NCBI GenBank assembly: GCA_039932235.1
Contig: JBDTQJ010000001.1
Span: 1-46,517 of the forward strand
Source: Chloroflexota bacterium
GTDB lineage: Bacteria; Chloroflexota; Limnocylindria; QHBO01
Reading direction: 5' to 3'
DNA length: 46,517 nucleotides
The position numbers were made by a program, and so were the translations under genes. Under the pieces are notes generated by a model. It was not told the DNA's origin, ran no database searches, and worked only from the letters and a program-made list of their open reading frames with translations. Below are positions 26,477-35,798 of this stretch, in pieces. Within the stretch, counting starts at the first letter, position 1. Each line of letters starts with the position of its first letter.

Positions 26477-26767
26477 TCAGTACTCCGTCGAGCGGAGCGG
26501 GGAGCCCAGGACCCGGCCGATCTCGGCTCGGAAGCGGGCGCCGGACGGGTGGCGGGCCAGCCAATGCAGGTAGTCGGGATCCGAGCGGGCGAGCTCTGCG
26601 ATCGTGATGCCGGCGTGGTGGCCGAAGTCGAGGCGCAGCGCATCCGCCCGCTCCGTGCCCGGACCCATGGGTACCGATCCGTCGCCGATCGAAAACGCGA
26701 CCCGGTCCTCGTCCTGCTCGCGCACACCGTTCCTCCGCTGCCCGTCGCTTGCCCACCCGGCGAGCAT
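26477..26767 (-). CDS. small hypothetical protein with DUF3820/ExoX-C-terminal-like motif (tentative)
   Basis: LDFGHHAGITIAELARSDPDYLHWLARH resembles the FGK.KG..L.E....YL.WL motif. Start taken at the internal M (26767) of the 26477..26797 ORF. Confidence 0.4.
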   Translation of the reverse strand: MLAGWASDGQRRNGVREQDEDRVAFSIGDGSVPMGPGTERADALRLDFGHHAGITIAELARSDPDYLHWLARHPSGARFRAEIGRVLGSPLRSTEY

Positions 26768-26806
26768 GCTATCGCTCGCGGTGACACCTGGCAACACGCG
26801 GGTCGT

Positions 26807-28423
26807 TCACGACCGATGCACCTCGCGTCCGTCGACGACGGTGAGCACGGCACGCACCCCGGCGAGGCCCTCGCCGGCAGCCAGCAGGGCGGGCAGGTCG
26901 CACGACAGGACGGCCAGGTCGGCCCGGGCACCGATGGCCAGGTGACCCTCGTCCGCCCGGCCCATGCCCATCGCCGGTCCCAGCGTCGCGGCACGCAGTG
27001 CAGCCGGCAGCGAGAGGCACTCGTCCGTCCGCCAGCCGTCGCGCCGCACCGCCGCCAGCAGGTTCAGCCACGGGTTGGCGGACTCGATCGGCGCATCGGT
27101 CCCAAGCGCCAGGCGCGCACCCGCATCGGCGAGCGATCGGTACGCGTAGGCGTGCGCCAGGCGGCCCTGCCAGCAGCGCTCGGCGGTCTCGCGGTCCGAG
27201 ACGAGATGAATCGGCTGCACGCTGGCCGTGACGTCCAGCTCTCCGAAGCGTGGCCGCTCCAGCGGTCGCACGAGCTGCGCGTGCTCCAGCCGGTCGGGCG
27301 GGACGCCGGACGCCCGTGGCGCGGCCCGCGCGATGGCCTCCAGCACGGTGGCCGCCGCCCGATCGCCGATGGCGTGCGCCGCGATCCCGATCCCCGCCGC
27401 CCGGCCGGTGGCCAGGATCGCATCCAGCTCAGCGGGATCGAGGCGCAGGATCCCCAGGTCGTCGTCCGCGGCGCCGTCGCACGATCGGGGGGCGAACAGC
27501 GCCGCGGTCCCCGAGCCCAACGTCCCGTCCGCGTACAGCTTGGCCCAGCCCATGCGCAACGTTCGCGCCTCGAGGGCCGCCCCGGTGACGAGGCCGAGCT
27601 CGGTCGCCGCCGCGAGCGCTGCGGCCGGGATGTCCATCGTCAGGCGCAGGCGCCCGTCGATGCGGTCGCGCGCCTCCCACGCGCGCGAGAAGCTCTCGCC
27701 GAGGGCCGCGAAGGGACCGATGCCGCGGTCCGCGTCATAGTCGCCGGCATCGGTGGCACCGGTGACTCCCCACGCCAGCAGCTCGTCGACGGTCTCGGCG
27801 ATCGCCTCCGCCAGCGCCTCGCCCTCCAGCCGATCCGCCGCGTGCAGCAGCGGCAGCATCGCCCGCTCGCGGACGACGCCGCTGAGGGCGCCGCTCGGGT
27901 CCCGCTCGAGGCGCCCGCCCGGGATGGCCTCGGCGCGCTCATCGATGCCCGCCGCACGACGTGCCGCCGCGGATGCCCACGCCGAGTGGCCGTCGTGCGC
28001 GGTGAGCAGCACGGGACGGTCTCCGGCCGCAGCCTCCAGCGGCGACAGGTCGCCGCCGAGCGCGCCTTCCTCCCAGCGGCCGCCGATCAGCCAGCCCGCG
28101 CCCGGCTGCCGTCCGACGGCCGCGTGGATGCGCGCCGCGATGCCCGCGACATCGACGGCATCGGTCAGGTCGACCTCGCGACGGCGGCGTGCCATGCCGG
28201 TCAGGTGCAGGTGGAAGTCGTGGATGCCGGGAATCACCGCCGACGCACCCGCGTCCACGACCCGTGCTCCTGGCGCGGCCGCCTCGAGGACCTCGCGCCG
28301 CTCCCCGACGCTCACCACGCGGTCCTCGGCGAGGCCGATGGCCTCGGCGGTCACCACCCGATCCGGCCGGGCCGCGACCACCACCTGGCCGGTCACCACG
28401 AAGGTGGCCCGCGGCCCGGTCAT
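26807..28423 (-). CDS. amidohydrolase family 3 protein (YtcJ-like metal-dependent hydrolase)
   Basis: ATG at 28423 (ATGA overlap with the GT2 stop). GIHDFHLHL metal-binding motif, AHAIGD, GTDAP and the C-terminal ADL.VL segment. Confidence 0.85.
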   Translation of the reverse strand: MTGPRATFVVTGQVVVAARPDRVVTAEAIGLAEDRVVSVGERREVLEAAAPGARVVDAGASAVIPGIHDFHLHLTGMARRRREVDLTDAVDVAGIAARIHAAVGRQPGAGWLIGGRWEEGALGGDLSPLEAAAGDRPVLLTAHDGHSAWASAAARRAAGIDERAEAIPGGRLERDPSGALSGVVRERAMLPLLHAADRLEGEALAEAIAETVDELLAWGVTGATDAGDYDADRGIGPFAALGESFSRAWEARDRIDGRLRLTMDIPAAALAAATELGLVTGAALEARTLRMGWAKLYADGTLGSGTAALFAPRSCDGAADDDLGILRLDPAELDAILATGRAAGIGIAAHAIGDRAAATVLEAIARAAPRASGVPPDRLEHAQLVRPLERPRFGELDVTASVQPIHLVSDRETAERCWQGRLAHAYAYRSLADAGARLALGTDAPIESANPWLNLLAAVRRDGWRTDECLSLPAALRAATLGPAMGMGRADEGHLAIGARADLAVLSCDLPALLAAGEGLAGVRAVLTVVDGREVHRS

Positions 28424-29730
28424 CGGTCCATGCGCGGCGTCTTGACGAAGCCGCTCGTCGGCTGGCCGAAGGCGATGCGCAGCAGCGCTGCCGGAACCAC
28501 GAGCAGCCAGTGGGAGAGGAAGAGCGAGCCCCGGATGGATCTCCCGAGCAGCGGCAGTCCGCGCACCCCGTGCGCTGAGAGCCCCGCCGCCGCCAGGAGG
28601 AACGTGCCGAGCCCGTAGCCGATGAACAGCGAGATGGGCACCGTCCAGTCGGCGGCGATGGGCATCGGGATGGTCAGGATGCTGGCCATCACCGCCGCCA
28701 CGAAGAGCGGCGGGAGGAAGAACTCGGCGGCGAATGAGATGAAGTCCAGCTTGCGGATGATGGGCAGCGAACCGCCGACCAGCTGCGGGCCGAGCTCCAT
28801 CAGGCGGCGCATGCTCCCCTCCGCCCAACGCATGCGCTGGCGCCACAGGTCGCTCGGCCGCAGCACCGCCTCCTCCCGCACCGCGACCTCCGGGGCAAGG
28901 GTCACGTGACCGCCACGGATGCCGAGGCGCGTGGAGAGGTCGAGGTCCTCGGTGAGGGCAGCAGTCGGCCAGCCGCCGCTGGCCTCCAGCTCGGCGCGAC
29001 GCACGAACATCCCGTTGCCGCGCAGCTCGGCGGTCCCGTCCGTCGCCCAGCGGCCGCACTGGCTGGCCATGTCCATCAGCTGCTCCTCGTCCTGCGCGGC
29101 CGTCAGCCACGAACGGCCTGCGTTGAGCGCGCGCCGCTGGACCTGCAGGGCAGCGGCGCCTGGATCCCGGTGCCAGGCTGCCATCGCGCGGGCCAGGAAC
29201 TCGGGGGCCACGCGGGCGTCGGCATCCAGCGCCACCAGCACGTCGCCACGCAGGTACTCCTGGGCGAAGGCAAGCACCGCGCCCTTGGTGGGTGGGCCGC
29301 TGCCACGCTTGCGCCGCACGATCCGCAGGTTCGGCGTCGATCCGGCCGCCGCCCTGACCACCTCGGCCGTGCCATCGGTCGAGGCGTCGTCGACGACCAG
29401 GATGTCGAACCGCGGCTCGTCGCCGTGGTGGTAGCGCTGTGCCGTCAGGTCGGCGATCAGATCGCCGATCACCGCCGCTTCGTCGCGCGCGGCGACCACC
29501 ACGCTGATGCGCGGCAGGTCCCCGGCCGGCAGCAGGTCGCGCTCGGGTCCGGCGAGCGCGAGCGCGTGGCCCATCGTCCGCCCGCCGCGCCAGCCCAGGT
29601 AGGCCACGTAGATCATCGAGAGGCCGATGGTCAGCTGCAGGAGCCGCGCGACGGTGACGCTGGCGACCGCTGCGATGGCGATCGCCGCCGAGCTGAGAAG
29701 CAGGCCGACGGCGAGGAGCCTAGTCCCCAT
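28420..29730 (-). CDS. membrane-embedded processive family-2 glycosyltransferase
   Basis: ATG at 29730. ISVVVAARDE, VVDDASTDGT, LDADAR, LTEDLDLS (TED) and QRMRWAEG (QxxRW). N- and C-terminal TM helices. Confidence 0.85.
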   Translation of the reverse strand: MGTRLLAVGLLLSSAAIAIAAVASVTVARLLQLTIGLSMIYVAYLGWRGGRTMGHALALAGPERDLLPAGDLPRISVVVAARDEAAVIGDLIADLTAQRYHHGDEPRFDILVVDDASTDGTAEVVRAAAGSTPNLRIVRRKRGSGPPTKGAVLAFAQEYLRGDVLVALDADARVAPEFLARAMAAWHRDPGAAALQVQRRALNAGRSWLTAAQDEEQLMDMASQCGRWATDGTAELRGNGMFVRRAELEASGGWPTAALTEDLDLSTRLGIRGGHVTLAPEVAVREEAVLRPSDLWRQRMRWAEGSMRRLMELGPQLVGGSLPIIRKLDFISFAAEFFLPPLFVAAVMASILTIPMPIAADWTVPISLFIGYGLGTFLLAAAGLSAHGVRGLPLLGRSIRGSLFLSHWLLVVPAALLRIAFGQPTSGFVKTPRMDR

Positions 29731-31258
29731 CCGTCGCGACCGGCGGCCGTCGGCGGCGCCGGTGCCCGCCACTGGCCGACGCCGTCGTCGGCTCCGCCCC
29801 GGGCGCCGGGTCGCCCGGCACGCCGGGGGCGGGGTCGCTGGCGCCGTGGACGGCGGGCGCGTCGAGCCCGAGGTCGTGGTGGTGCAGGCCCTCGGCACGG
29901 TTGCGGCGCCACGAGAAGATGCCGGCGATCAAGGTCCCGAGGCCCAGCAGCCCCATCACCACCGGGATCCCGGAGCCGGGGAATGCGATGTTGATCACGT
30001 CCGCCACCGCCGGCGCCGCGATCACCGGCAGGAAGGAGGCGACGCTGAGGAGCGTGTTGAGGATGCCGAAGATGCGACCGCGGACGTCGGCGGGCAGCTC
30101 CTCCTGGAGGGCAGTCTGGGAGGGGATGGCCACGAAGGCGTACTCCACGCCGGCCGTGATGGCGATCACCACCACCACCGCGATGAGCGAGATGACCGGC
30201 GCCAGGAGAGCAGGCAGGTTCGCTTCGATCGGCTCGACGGCCGGGCCCAGGAGGATGGTCAGCGGCTTGACGATGGCCAGCGCAATGAGGGTCGTTCCCA
30301 TCGCAACGAGCCCGATGTCGATCACCAGCCGCCGTGGCAGCCCCTTGCCGTAGGCGTTCAGGAAGAGGATCCCCATCACCGCGCCCAGGCCGGCCGGGCC
30401 CATGATGAAGAAGAAGTCCTCCTCGCTGAGGCGCAGGATCTCCTTCGTGAAGCCCGGGCCGATGGCGCCCATGACCCCGATCAGGCTCGCGGCGACGCCG
30501 AGGTAGGTCAGGCTCCAGGCGATGCGCGGCGTGCGGCGCACGAACGCCACTCCCTCGGCCAGCTGCTCGCCGAACTCGCGCAGCGCGCGCCCCGCAGCAC
30601 CGCCGGCCGGCGGACGAACGCCCTCCCGCGGCACGGCGGCCAGCGGCACGATGGCCGCTGCCGCGAGGCCGAACATGACCGCCACCACCAGGTAGACGGC
30701 GACGGCGTTGCCCGTCGTCGTGAGCAGCAGCGGGCCGAGGAAGCCGAAGCCGATGGCAAAGGTCGCGTTGATGGTCAACACGAAGATCGAGTTGGCCGCC
30801 ATCAGATGCCGCTTCTCGACCAGCCGCGGCAGGGCGGTCAGCTCGGCGGGTGCGAAGAAGGCGGTGACGCTTGCCAGCACCAGGTTGATGCCCAGGATGA
30901 GCGGCACGTTGGCGCTCGCCTTGTCGGCACCGACGAAGATGAAGGCGATGGTCCCGACGGCGCGCAGGACGTTGCTGCCGAGCATGATGAGCCGCGCATC
31001 GGCGCGCTCGACGATCACCCCGGCGATGGCGCTGAAGATGACCGCCGGGACGAGGAACGTCAGGATCAGGAGCGCGTTGGCGGTGTTCGAGCCCGTTGCG
31101 CCGTACACGATGGACATCAGCGCGGCCAGCACCATGTTGCTCGCCAGCTGGCTCAGGACCTGGGCCGACCACAGGAGCAGGAAGGCCCGGTTGCGCAGCA
31201 CGCCACCCGCGCCGGAGAGGTCCTGGCTTCCCATGTCGGTGGGGATTTCGTGTGCCAT
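29720..31258 (-). CDS. MFS transporter
   Basis: 512 aa, about 12 hydrophobic helices. N-terminus NRAFLLLWSAQVLSQLA is typical of the MFS_3/enterobactin-exporter-like group. The 3' end overlaps the GT2 start by 11 nt. Confidence 0.85.
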   Translation of the reverse strand: MAHEIPTDMGSQDLSGAGGVLRNRAFLLLWSAQVLSQLASNMVLAALMSIVYGATGSNTANALLILTFLVPAVIFSAIAGVIVERADARLIMLGSNVLRAVGTIAFIFVGADKASANVPLILGINLVLASVTAFFAPAELTALPRLVEKRHLMAANSIFVLTINATFAIGFGFLGPLLLTTTGNAVAVYLVVAVMFGLAAAAIVPLAAVPREGVRPPAGGAAGRALREFGEQLAEGVAFVRRTPRIAWSLTYLGVAASLIGVMGAIGPGFTKEILRLSEEDFFFIMGPAGLGAVMGILFLNAYGKGLPRRLVIDIGLVAMGTTLIALAIVKPLTILLGPAVEPIEANLPALLAPVISLIAVVVVIAITAGVEYAFVAIPSQTALQEELPADVRGRIFGILNTLLSVASFLPVIAAPAVADVINIAFPGSGIPVVMGLLGLGTLIAGIFSWRRNRAEGLHHHDLGLDAPAVHGASDPAPGVPGDPAPGAEPTTASASGGHRRRRRPPVATDGD

Positions 31259-31264
31259 TGCCGT

Positions 31265-31498
31265 CTAGGGTGCCCGTTCCGCGTCCGCCGCGTCGGCGTC
31301 AGCCGGCGTGCCGCGCGAGACGTGGTCCATGAAGCGCCGCTCCACGTCCAGGCGATCCATCAGGATGCGGTGCCCGCAGCCGGCGCAGACCAGGCCGATG
31401 TCGGCGCCCAGCCGCACCACTCCCCAGTCGCGGCTGCCGCACGGGTGCGGCTTGCGCAGCCGGAGCACGTCACCGATCGCCAGCTCGACGGCCGCCAC
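31265..31498 (-). CDS. DUF951 family small zinc-ribbon-like protein
   Basis: 77 aa. GDVLRLRKPHPCGS..W.VVRLGADIGLVCAGCGHRI matches my recollection of the YyzM/DUF951 consensus. Confidence 0.7.
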   Translation of the reverse strand: MAAVELAIGDVLRLRKPHPCGSRDWGVVRLGADIGLVCAGCGHRILMDRLDVERRFMDHVSRGTPADADAADAERAP

Positions 31499-31501
31499 GG
31501 G

Positions 31502-32884
31502 TCAGGCGGGCTCCTCGGCCGCCGTGGCACCGGTGAAGGTGAAGCCGCGAATCCGGACGGCCGGCACGCGGCAATGCACGCCGGTGTAGTCCGCACCGAC
31601 GAGCCGCGTCGCCGTGCCGATGGCGTCGATACGGCTGAAGGCCTCCGGCACCGACTGGGTGAAGCGCAGGTTGCGTACCGGACCCACCACCTCGCCGTTC
31701 TCGATCAGGAAGGTGCCGTCCTTGGTCATCCCGGTCAGGATCCCCTTCTTGGGATGCACGATGTTCACGTAGTGGAAGCGCGTCACCCACAGGCCGCGCT
31801 TGATGCCGGCCAGCAGCGTGCCCGGCGTGGCCGAGCCGGGTGCCATGAACAGGTTCCAGGCGATGGGGCCCGAGGTGTTGGGCTGCGGCAGGGCGTGGCC
31901 CGTCGACTCGGTCCCGGCACGCCGCGCGGTCGCGCTGTCGTGGACGAGCCCGGTCGCGATGCCACCGCTGATGATGTCCACGCGACGCTTGGCGACGCCC
32001 TCGAAATCGATGGGCGACGGAATGCCGGACGGGTCCTGACCGTCGTCCCAGATGGTCACGTTGTCGCCCATCACCCGCTCGCCGAGGCTCATGAACGATC
32101 GGCCCTCCTCGACGGCCAGCGCCCCGAAGCTGACCAGCGAGGCGTACTCGAGGAGGTTGGCGACCGCGTATTCGTCGAGCACCACGTCGTAGTCGCCCGC
32201 CGGCAGGTCGATGCCGTTGGCGGTGCTACGCCCGCGAGCGGCAGCCTCCTCGCCGACCGCCGCCGGGTCGATCTCGCGGACATCGGTCCCGAAGGCGTGC
32301 GCGTAGCCGGATGCGCCGTTGTCGCCCATCATCACCGTCAGCAGACGAGCCTGGGTGACCATCTGGCGGCTGCGCACGCCCGCGCTGTTGGCGACCGCCA
32401 GCGTCCCGACCTCGGTGGTGAAAGCGCCCGATGCCTCCAGGTTCGCATCGTCCGCGGCGGCGATCACCGCGCTCGCACCGGCGGCCCGCAGCTCGGGATC
32501 GGCAGCCGCCGTGGCCGCCACGTACCCGATCTCCGGGCGCGTGGCCCCATCCGGCAGCGCCAGCGGCGCTCCGTCGGGGTTGGCCGCCGAACGCGCGGCG
32601 ATCTCAATGGCGCGGGTGGCCGCGGCCCGGATCCCCTCCTCGTCGAGGCGGTTGGTACCCGCCACACCGGTGCGCCCGTCGCGGATCACGCGCAGGCGCA
32701 GCGTGGCGTCGTGCTCCGCCACGTTCTGGTGAATGCGCGAGTTGGCAAAGCGCGTGAGCGCCGCATCGGTCGCGTGATACGTCGCCTCGACTTCGCCACC
32801 TTCGCCCGTGGCCGCCTCGATGGCACGGGTCAGCAAATCGTCGATGCGCTGCGGGTCGTGCAGGCTGGCGCGGTCGCTCACCAC
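31502..32884 (-). CDS. TldD/PmbA family metallopeptidase, PmbA(TldE)-like subunit
   Basis: GTG at 32884 with GGGAG 7 nt upstream; a second GTG at 32881 gives a GTGA overlap with the tldD stop. Family-typical LTRFANS.IHQN and C-terminal GGI..GL.. segments. Lacks an HExxxH motif. Confidence 0.85.
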   Translation of the reverse strand: MVSDRASLHDPQRIDDLLTRAIEAATGEGGEVEATYHATDAALTRFANSRIHQNVAEHDATLRLRVIRDGRTGVAGTNRLDEEGIRAAATRAIEIAARSAANPDGAPLALPDGATRPEIGYVAATAAADPELRAAGASAVIAAADDANLEASGAFTTEVGTLAVANSAGVRSRQMVTQARLLTVMMGDNGASGYAHAFGTDVREIDPAAVGEEAAARGRSTANGIDLPAGDYDVVLDEYAVANLLEYASLVSFGALAVEEGRSFMSLGERVMGDNVTIWDDGQDPSGIPSPIDFEGVAKRRVDIISGGIATGLVHDSATARRAGTESTGHALPQPNTSGPIAWNLFMAPGSATPGTLLAGIKRGLWVTRFHYVNIVHPKKGILTGMTKDGTFLIENGEVVGPVRNLRFTQSVPEAFSRIDAIGTATRLVGADYTGVHCRVPAVRIRGFTFTGATAAEEPA

Positions 32885-34326
32885 GATCCCACTCCCACCT
32901 GGACGTTGCGGAAGCGGGCCGGCGCGGCACCGTGGCCGACATGGCCGGTCTGCATCGGTTCGCCCTTCCCGCAGTTGGGGATGCCCCACAGTGTCCATTC
33001 GTCAGGCCCGCAGATGGCGTCGCAGCTGCCCCAGAAGCGCGGCGTGATGCCGGTATAGGTCGGGTTCTTGACCATCTCGGTCAGCTTGCCGTTCTTGATG
33101 AGCCACCCCACCTGCGTCCCAAACTGGAAGTTGAGGCGGCGGTCGTCGATGCTCCAGCTCTTGTTGGTGTCGAGGTAGATGCCGTCATCCGTGTCGGCGA
33201 TCAGGTCGTCGAGCGAGCCGGCCGCACCGGGCCGCAGGTTGATGTTGGTCATCCGGATGATGGGGATGCGGTTCCAGGCCCAGGCCCGGCTGGAGCCCAT
33301 GGAGCGGCGGCCCACGATGGGCGCCGTCTCCCGACTGGTGAGGTAGCCCACGAACTGGCCGGCGCTGACGATCGGCACGTTCTGGGCGGCGACCCCCTCG
33401 TCGTCGTAGCCGAAGGTGCCGAGCCCGCCGGGGGCGGTGGCATCTGCATCGATGTTCACGATCTCGCTCCCGTAGCGCAGCGTGTCGAGCTTGTCCAGGG
33501 TCAGGAACGAGGTGCCGGCGAAGCTCGCCTCCATGCCCAGCACGCGGTCCAGCTCGATGGGATGGCCGCACGACTCGTGGACCTGGAGTCCCAGCTGACT
33601 TGCGCCGATGATGACGGTCATCTCGCCGCTCGGGCACTGCGGCGCGTCGAGCAGCGCCACCGCCTCCTCGGCGATCCGCTCACCGTGGGCCGCCAGGTCC
33701 ATGGCCCGCACGATCTCAAAGCCACCGGTCATCACCTGCCCGCCGGCCGAGTTGGGGTATGACCGCGACTGGGAGTCACTGTCGTTGAACGCCGTTGCCT
33801 CGATCCCGGCGCCGGCCTCGACGATCTCCTGCTCGATCCGCGCACCCTCGGTCGAGGCGAACGTCTTGCGCTCGCGTCCCGACTCGATCGTGCCCTCGCG
33901 CACGGCAACGCCGGGGACCCTGCCCATGGCCGCATCGGCCTCGAAGAGGATCCGCAGCTTGTCGTCGATCGACACGGCCAGCGGATCCTCCGTGAACGGC
34001 GTCGCGTAGTGATCCACCAGCGGAGGGCTGTCGTCGAGGCGCACGGGGTCGCGCATCGCCAGGCCCGACGCGGCGGCGATTGCCAGCGCCTCGCGCGCGA
34101 CGCGCTCGATCTCCTCCGGCTCGACCCGCGCGCTCGACGAGAAGCCCCACGCGCCGTTGCGCAGGACGCGGATCCCGAAGCCGGCGGACTGCGTCGCGCT
34201 GGCGCTCTCCAGGACGCCGTTCTTGACGGTCAGGGTCTCCGACTCGCGATCCACCATGCGCACGTCGGCGTACGAGGCGCCACCCCGCTGGGCGGCATCC
34301 AGGGCTCGGTTCAGCAGCTCATCCAC
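32878..34326 (-). CDS. tldD: metalloprotease TldD
   Basis: GTG start at 34326. GASYADVR N-terminus, HESCGH (HExxxH) motif, and the C-terminal NCGKG..M..GHG segment typical of TldD. Confidence 0.9.
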   Translation of the reverse strand: MDELLNRALDAAQRGGASYADVRMVDRESETLTVKNGVLESASATQSAGFGIRVLRNGAWGFSSSARVEPEEIERVAREALAIAAASGLAMRDPVRLDDSPPLVDHYATPFTEDPLAVSIDDKLRILFEADAAMGRVPGVAVREGTIESGRERKTFASTEGARIEQEIVEAGAGIEATAFNDSDSQSRSYPNSAGGQVMTGGFEIVRAMDLAAHGERIAEEAVALLDAPQCPSGEMTVIIGASQLGLQVHESCGHPIELDRVLGMEASFAGTSFLTLDKLDTLRYGSEIVNIDADATAPGGLGTFGYDDEGVAAQNVPIVSAGQFVGYLTSRETAPIVGRRSMGSSRAWAWNRIPIIRMTNINLRPGAAGSLDDLIADTDDGIYLDTNKSWSIDDRRLNFQFGTQVGWLIKNGKLTEMVKNPTYTGITPRFWGSCDAICGPDEWTLWGIPNCGKGEPMQTGHVGHGAAPARFRNVQVGVGSW

Positions 34327-34338
34327 GGTCGTTTCGGT

Positions 34339-35013
34339 TCACTCCACTGGTTGTCCAACGCTGAAGGTGAGCTCGCGCTCGGTGGCGGGCACGACGATCG
34401 AATCGGCCTCCCGCAGGCTGAGCGTCACCGCAGCCACCTGCTCCAGCTGGTTCTTGATGCCCCCCGGACCGGTGATGGCCGCATACAGCTCCCCCGGATC
34501 GCCGATGGCCCGCACCTGGAACGTGCTGCCGACGGACGTCCCGTCGATCACCACGTCGCCCTCGACACCTGGCACCGCGACGCTGCGCCCGGTGATCCGG
34601 ATGCCGTCGATGGTGATTGCCTCGGCTCGTGAGTTTCGCAGTTCGTTGAGCAGGTCGTTGACCGCGATCCAATCGAGGAAGCCATCGACGTCGATGACCA
34701 CGCCGCGGCCGCGGACCGCGCCAAGGCCGGCGAACGCGTTGACCTGGACGACCTCCTCTTCCCCGAGCTCGAGCTGACTGATGCCGGCCGCCTCCGCCTC
34801 CTGGTAGCCGACCAGCTGCTCGCGCTGCGCGGCGAGCCCTGCCTGCAGCTCGCGGTTGCGCAGGCTGAGGCTCTGCACCAGGCCCGACAGCTCCTGCGGG
34901 CTGAGGGTCCGCAGCTCGACGGGGCGCTGCTGGCTGCGAAGCTGGCCCACCAGCAGCAGGCCGATGAGCAGCGCCACGCCGAAAAGGCTCAGCTGCGCGA
35001 TGCGATTGCGCAT
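34339..35013 (-). CDS. DUF881 domain-containing membrane protein (paralog B)
   Basis: ATG at 35013 overlaps the stop of paralog A by 1 nt. N-terminal TM, coiled region, then LRNSRAEAITIDGIRI (DUF881 core). Confidence 0.8.
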   Translation of the reverse strand: MRNRIAQLSLFGVALLIGLLLVGQLRSQQRPVELRTLSPQELSGLVQSLSLRNRELQAGLAAQREQLVGYQEAEAAGISQLELGEEEVVQVNAFAGLGAVRGRGVVIDVDGFLDWIAVNDLLNELRNSRAEAITIDGIRITGRSVAVPGVEGDVVIDGTSVGSTFQVRAIGDPGELYAAITGPGGIKNQLEQVAAVTLSLREADSIVVPATERELTFSVGQPVE

Positions 35014-35798
35014 CAGCCCGGATCCTCGGCACGCACCGGCACGCCCTCGCGGAAGCGAGTACCGCCGACGAACTCGGCGATCTGGACGTCGTCCATCGGT
35101 GCCCAGGCGTACTCCAGCCCGAACGACTCGACGCGCGCGCGGACGGTCGACAGGAACGACGGGTGGGTTTCGAAGCCGGCGAGCTGGTCGCGCGGACCGA
35201 CCGCCTGGATCACGAACGGCGGCTGCAGGTAGCTGTCGTTGACGAGCACCGGGTTGCCGACTGCGCGGATGGACGTCGTGGAGACGATCCGCTCGCCGTT
35301 GATGCTGATCGCCTCCGCGCCGGATGCCCACAGCGCGACCACGATCGCGCGCAGGTCCTCGGCCAGCACGAGGTAGTTGGCCACCGACTCGCCCGGCGGC
35401 ACTTCGCGCTGGGAATCGGAAATCTCGATCTGCACCCCCGGGCCGTGGACGGCGGTCAGACCGGCCGCGGCACGCGCCGCCGCCAGTCGAGCGTTCAGAT
35501 CCGCGAGGTCGGCCTCCGAGCCGGGTGCCGAGGCCTGGAACGCCTCGATCTGCTGGTTGACGGTCGCCAGCGACGCCTGCAGGCCCTGCTGCTCCTGCTC
35601 CAGGGCGCGAACCTGGTCGGCAAGCACCTGCTGCGCGGAGGTGGTGAAGGCGTTGCGCACCGCCGACGAGTTGAACTGGGCGGCGCCTACGAAGCCGATG
35701 GTCGCCAGCGCCATCGCGACGCTGACCACCCATTGCGCACGGCTCGACATCCGACGTCGTGGCGGCGGTGCACCATGGCCGAGGGTGCGGCTGCTCAT
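35013..35798 (-). CDS. DUF881 domain-containing membrane protein (paralog A)
   Basis: ATG at 35798 in an ATGA overlap with the upstream peptidase gene. TM, coiled-coil, VHGPGVQIEISD and LWASGAEAISINGERI. Confidence 0.8.
   Translation of the reverse strand: MSSRTLGHGAPPPRRRMSSRAQWVVSVAMALATIGFVGAAQFNSSAVRNAFTTSAQQVLADQVRALEQEQQGLQASLATVNQQIEAFQASAPGSEADLADLNARLAAARAAAGLTAVHGPGVQIEISDSQREVPPGESVANYLVLAEDLRAIVVALWASGAEAISINGERIVSTTSIRAVGNPVLVNDSYLQPPFVIQAVGPRDQLAGFETHPSFLSTVRARVESFGLEYAWAPMDDVQIAEFVGGTRFREGVPVRAEDPG

Noticed and set aside
31265-31498. DUF951 ORF as a RiPP precursor processed by the adjacent TldD/PmbA
   Set aside because: As I recall, DUF951 is a widely conserved housekeeping-type mini-protein with a zinc-ribbon-like PCG...CxxCG motif. 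It has no leader/core organisation, and no modifying enzymes (cyclodehydratase, radical SAM, LanM and the like) are present.
29627-33058. 1143-aa ORF on the plus strand, the longest in the window
   Set aside because: It is antisense to four well-supported minus-strand genes (MFS, DUF951, PmbA, TldD). Its translation is Arg/Gly/Asp/His-rich low-complexity with no motifs. This is a typical shadow ORF of high-GC DNA.
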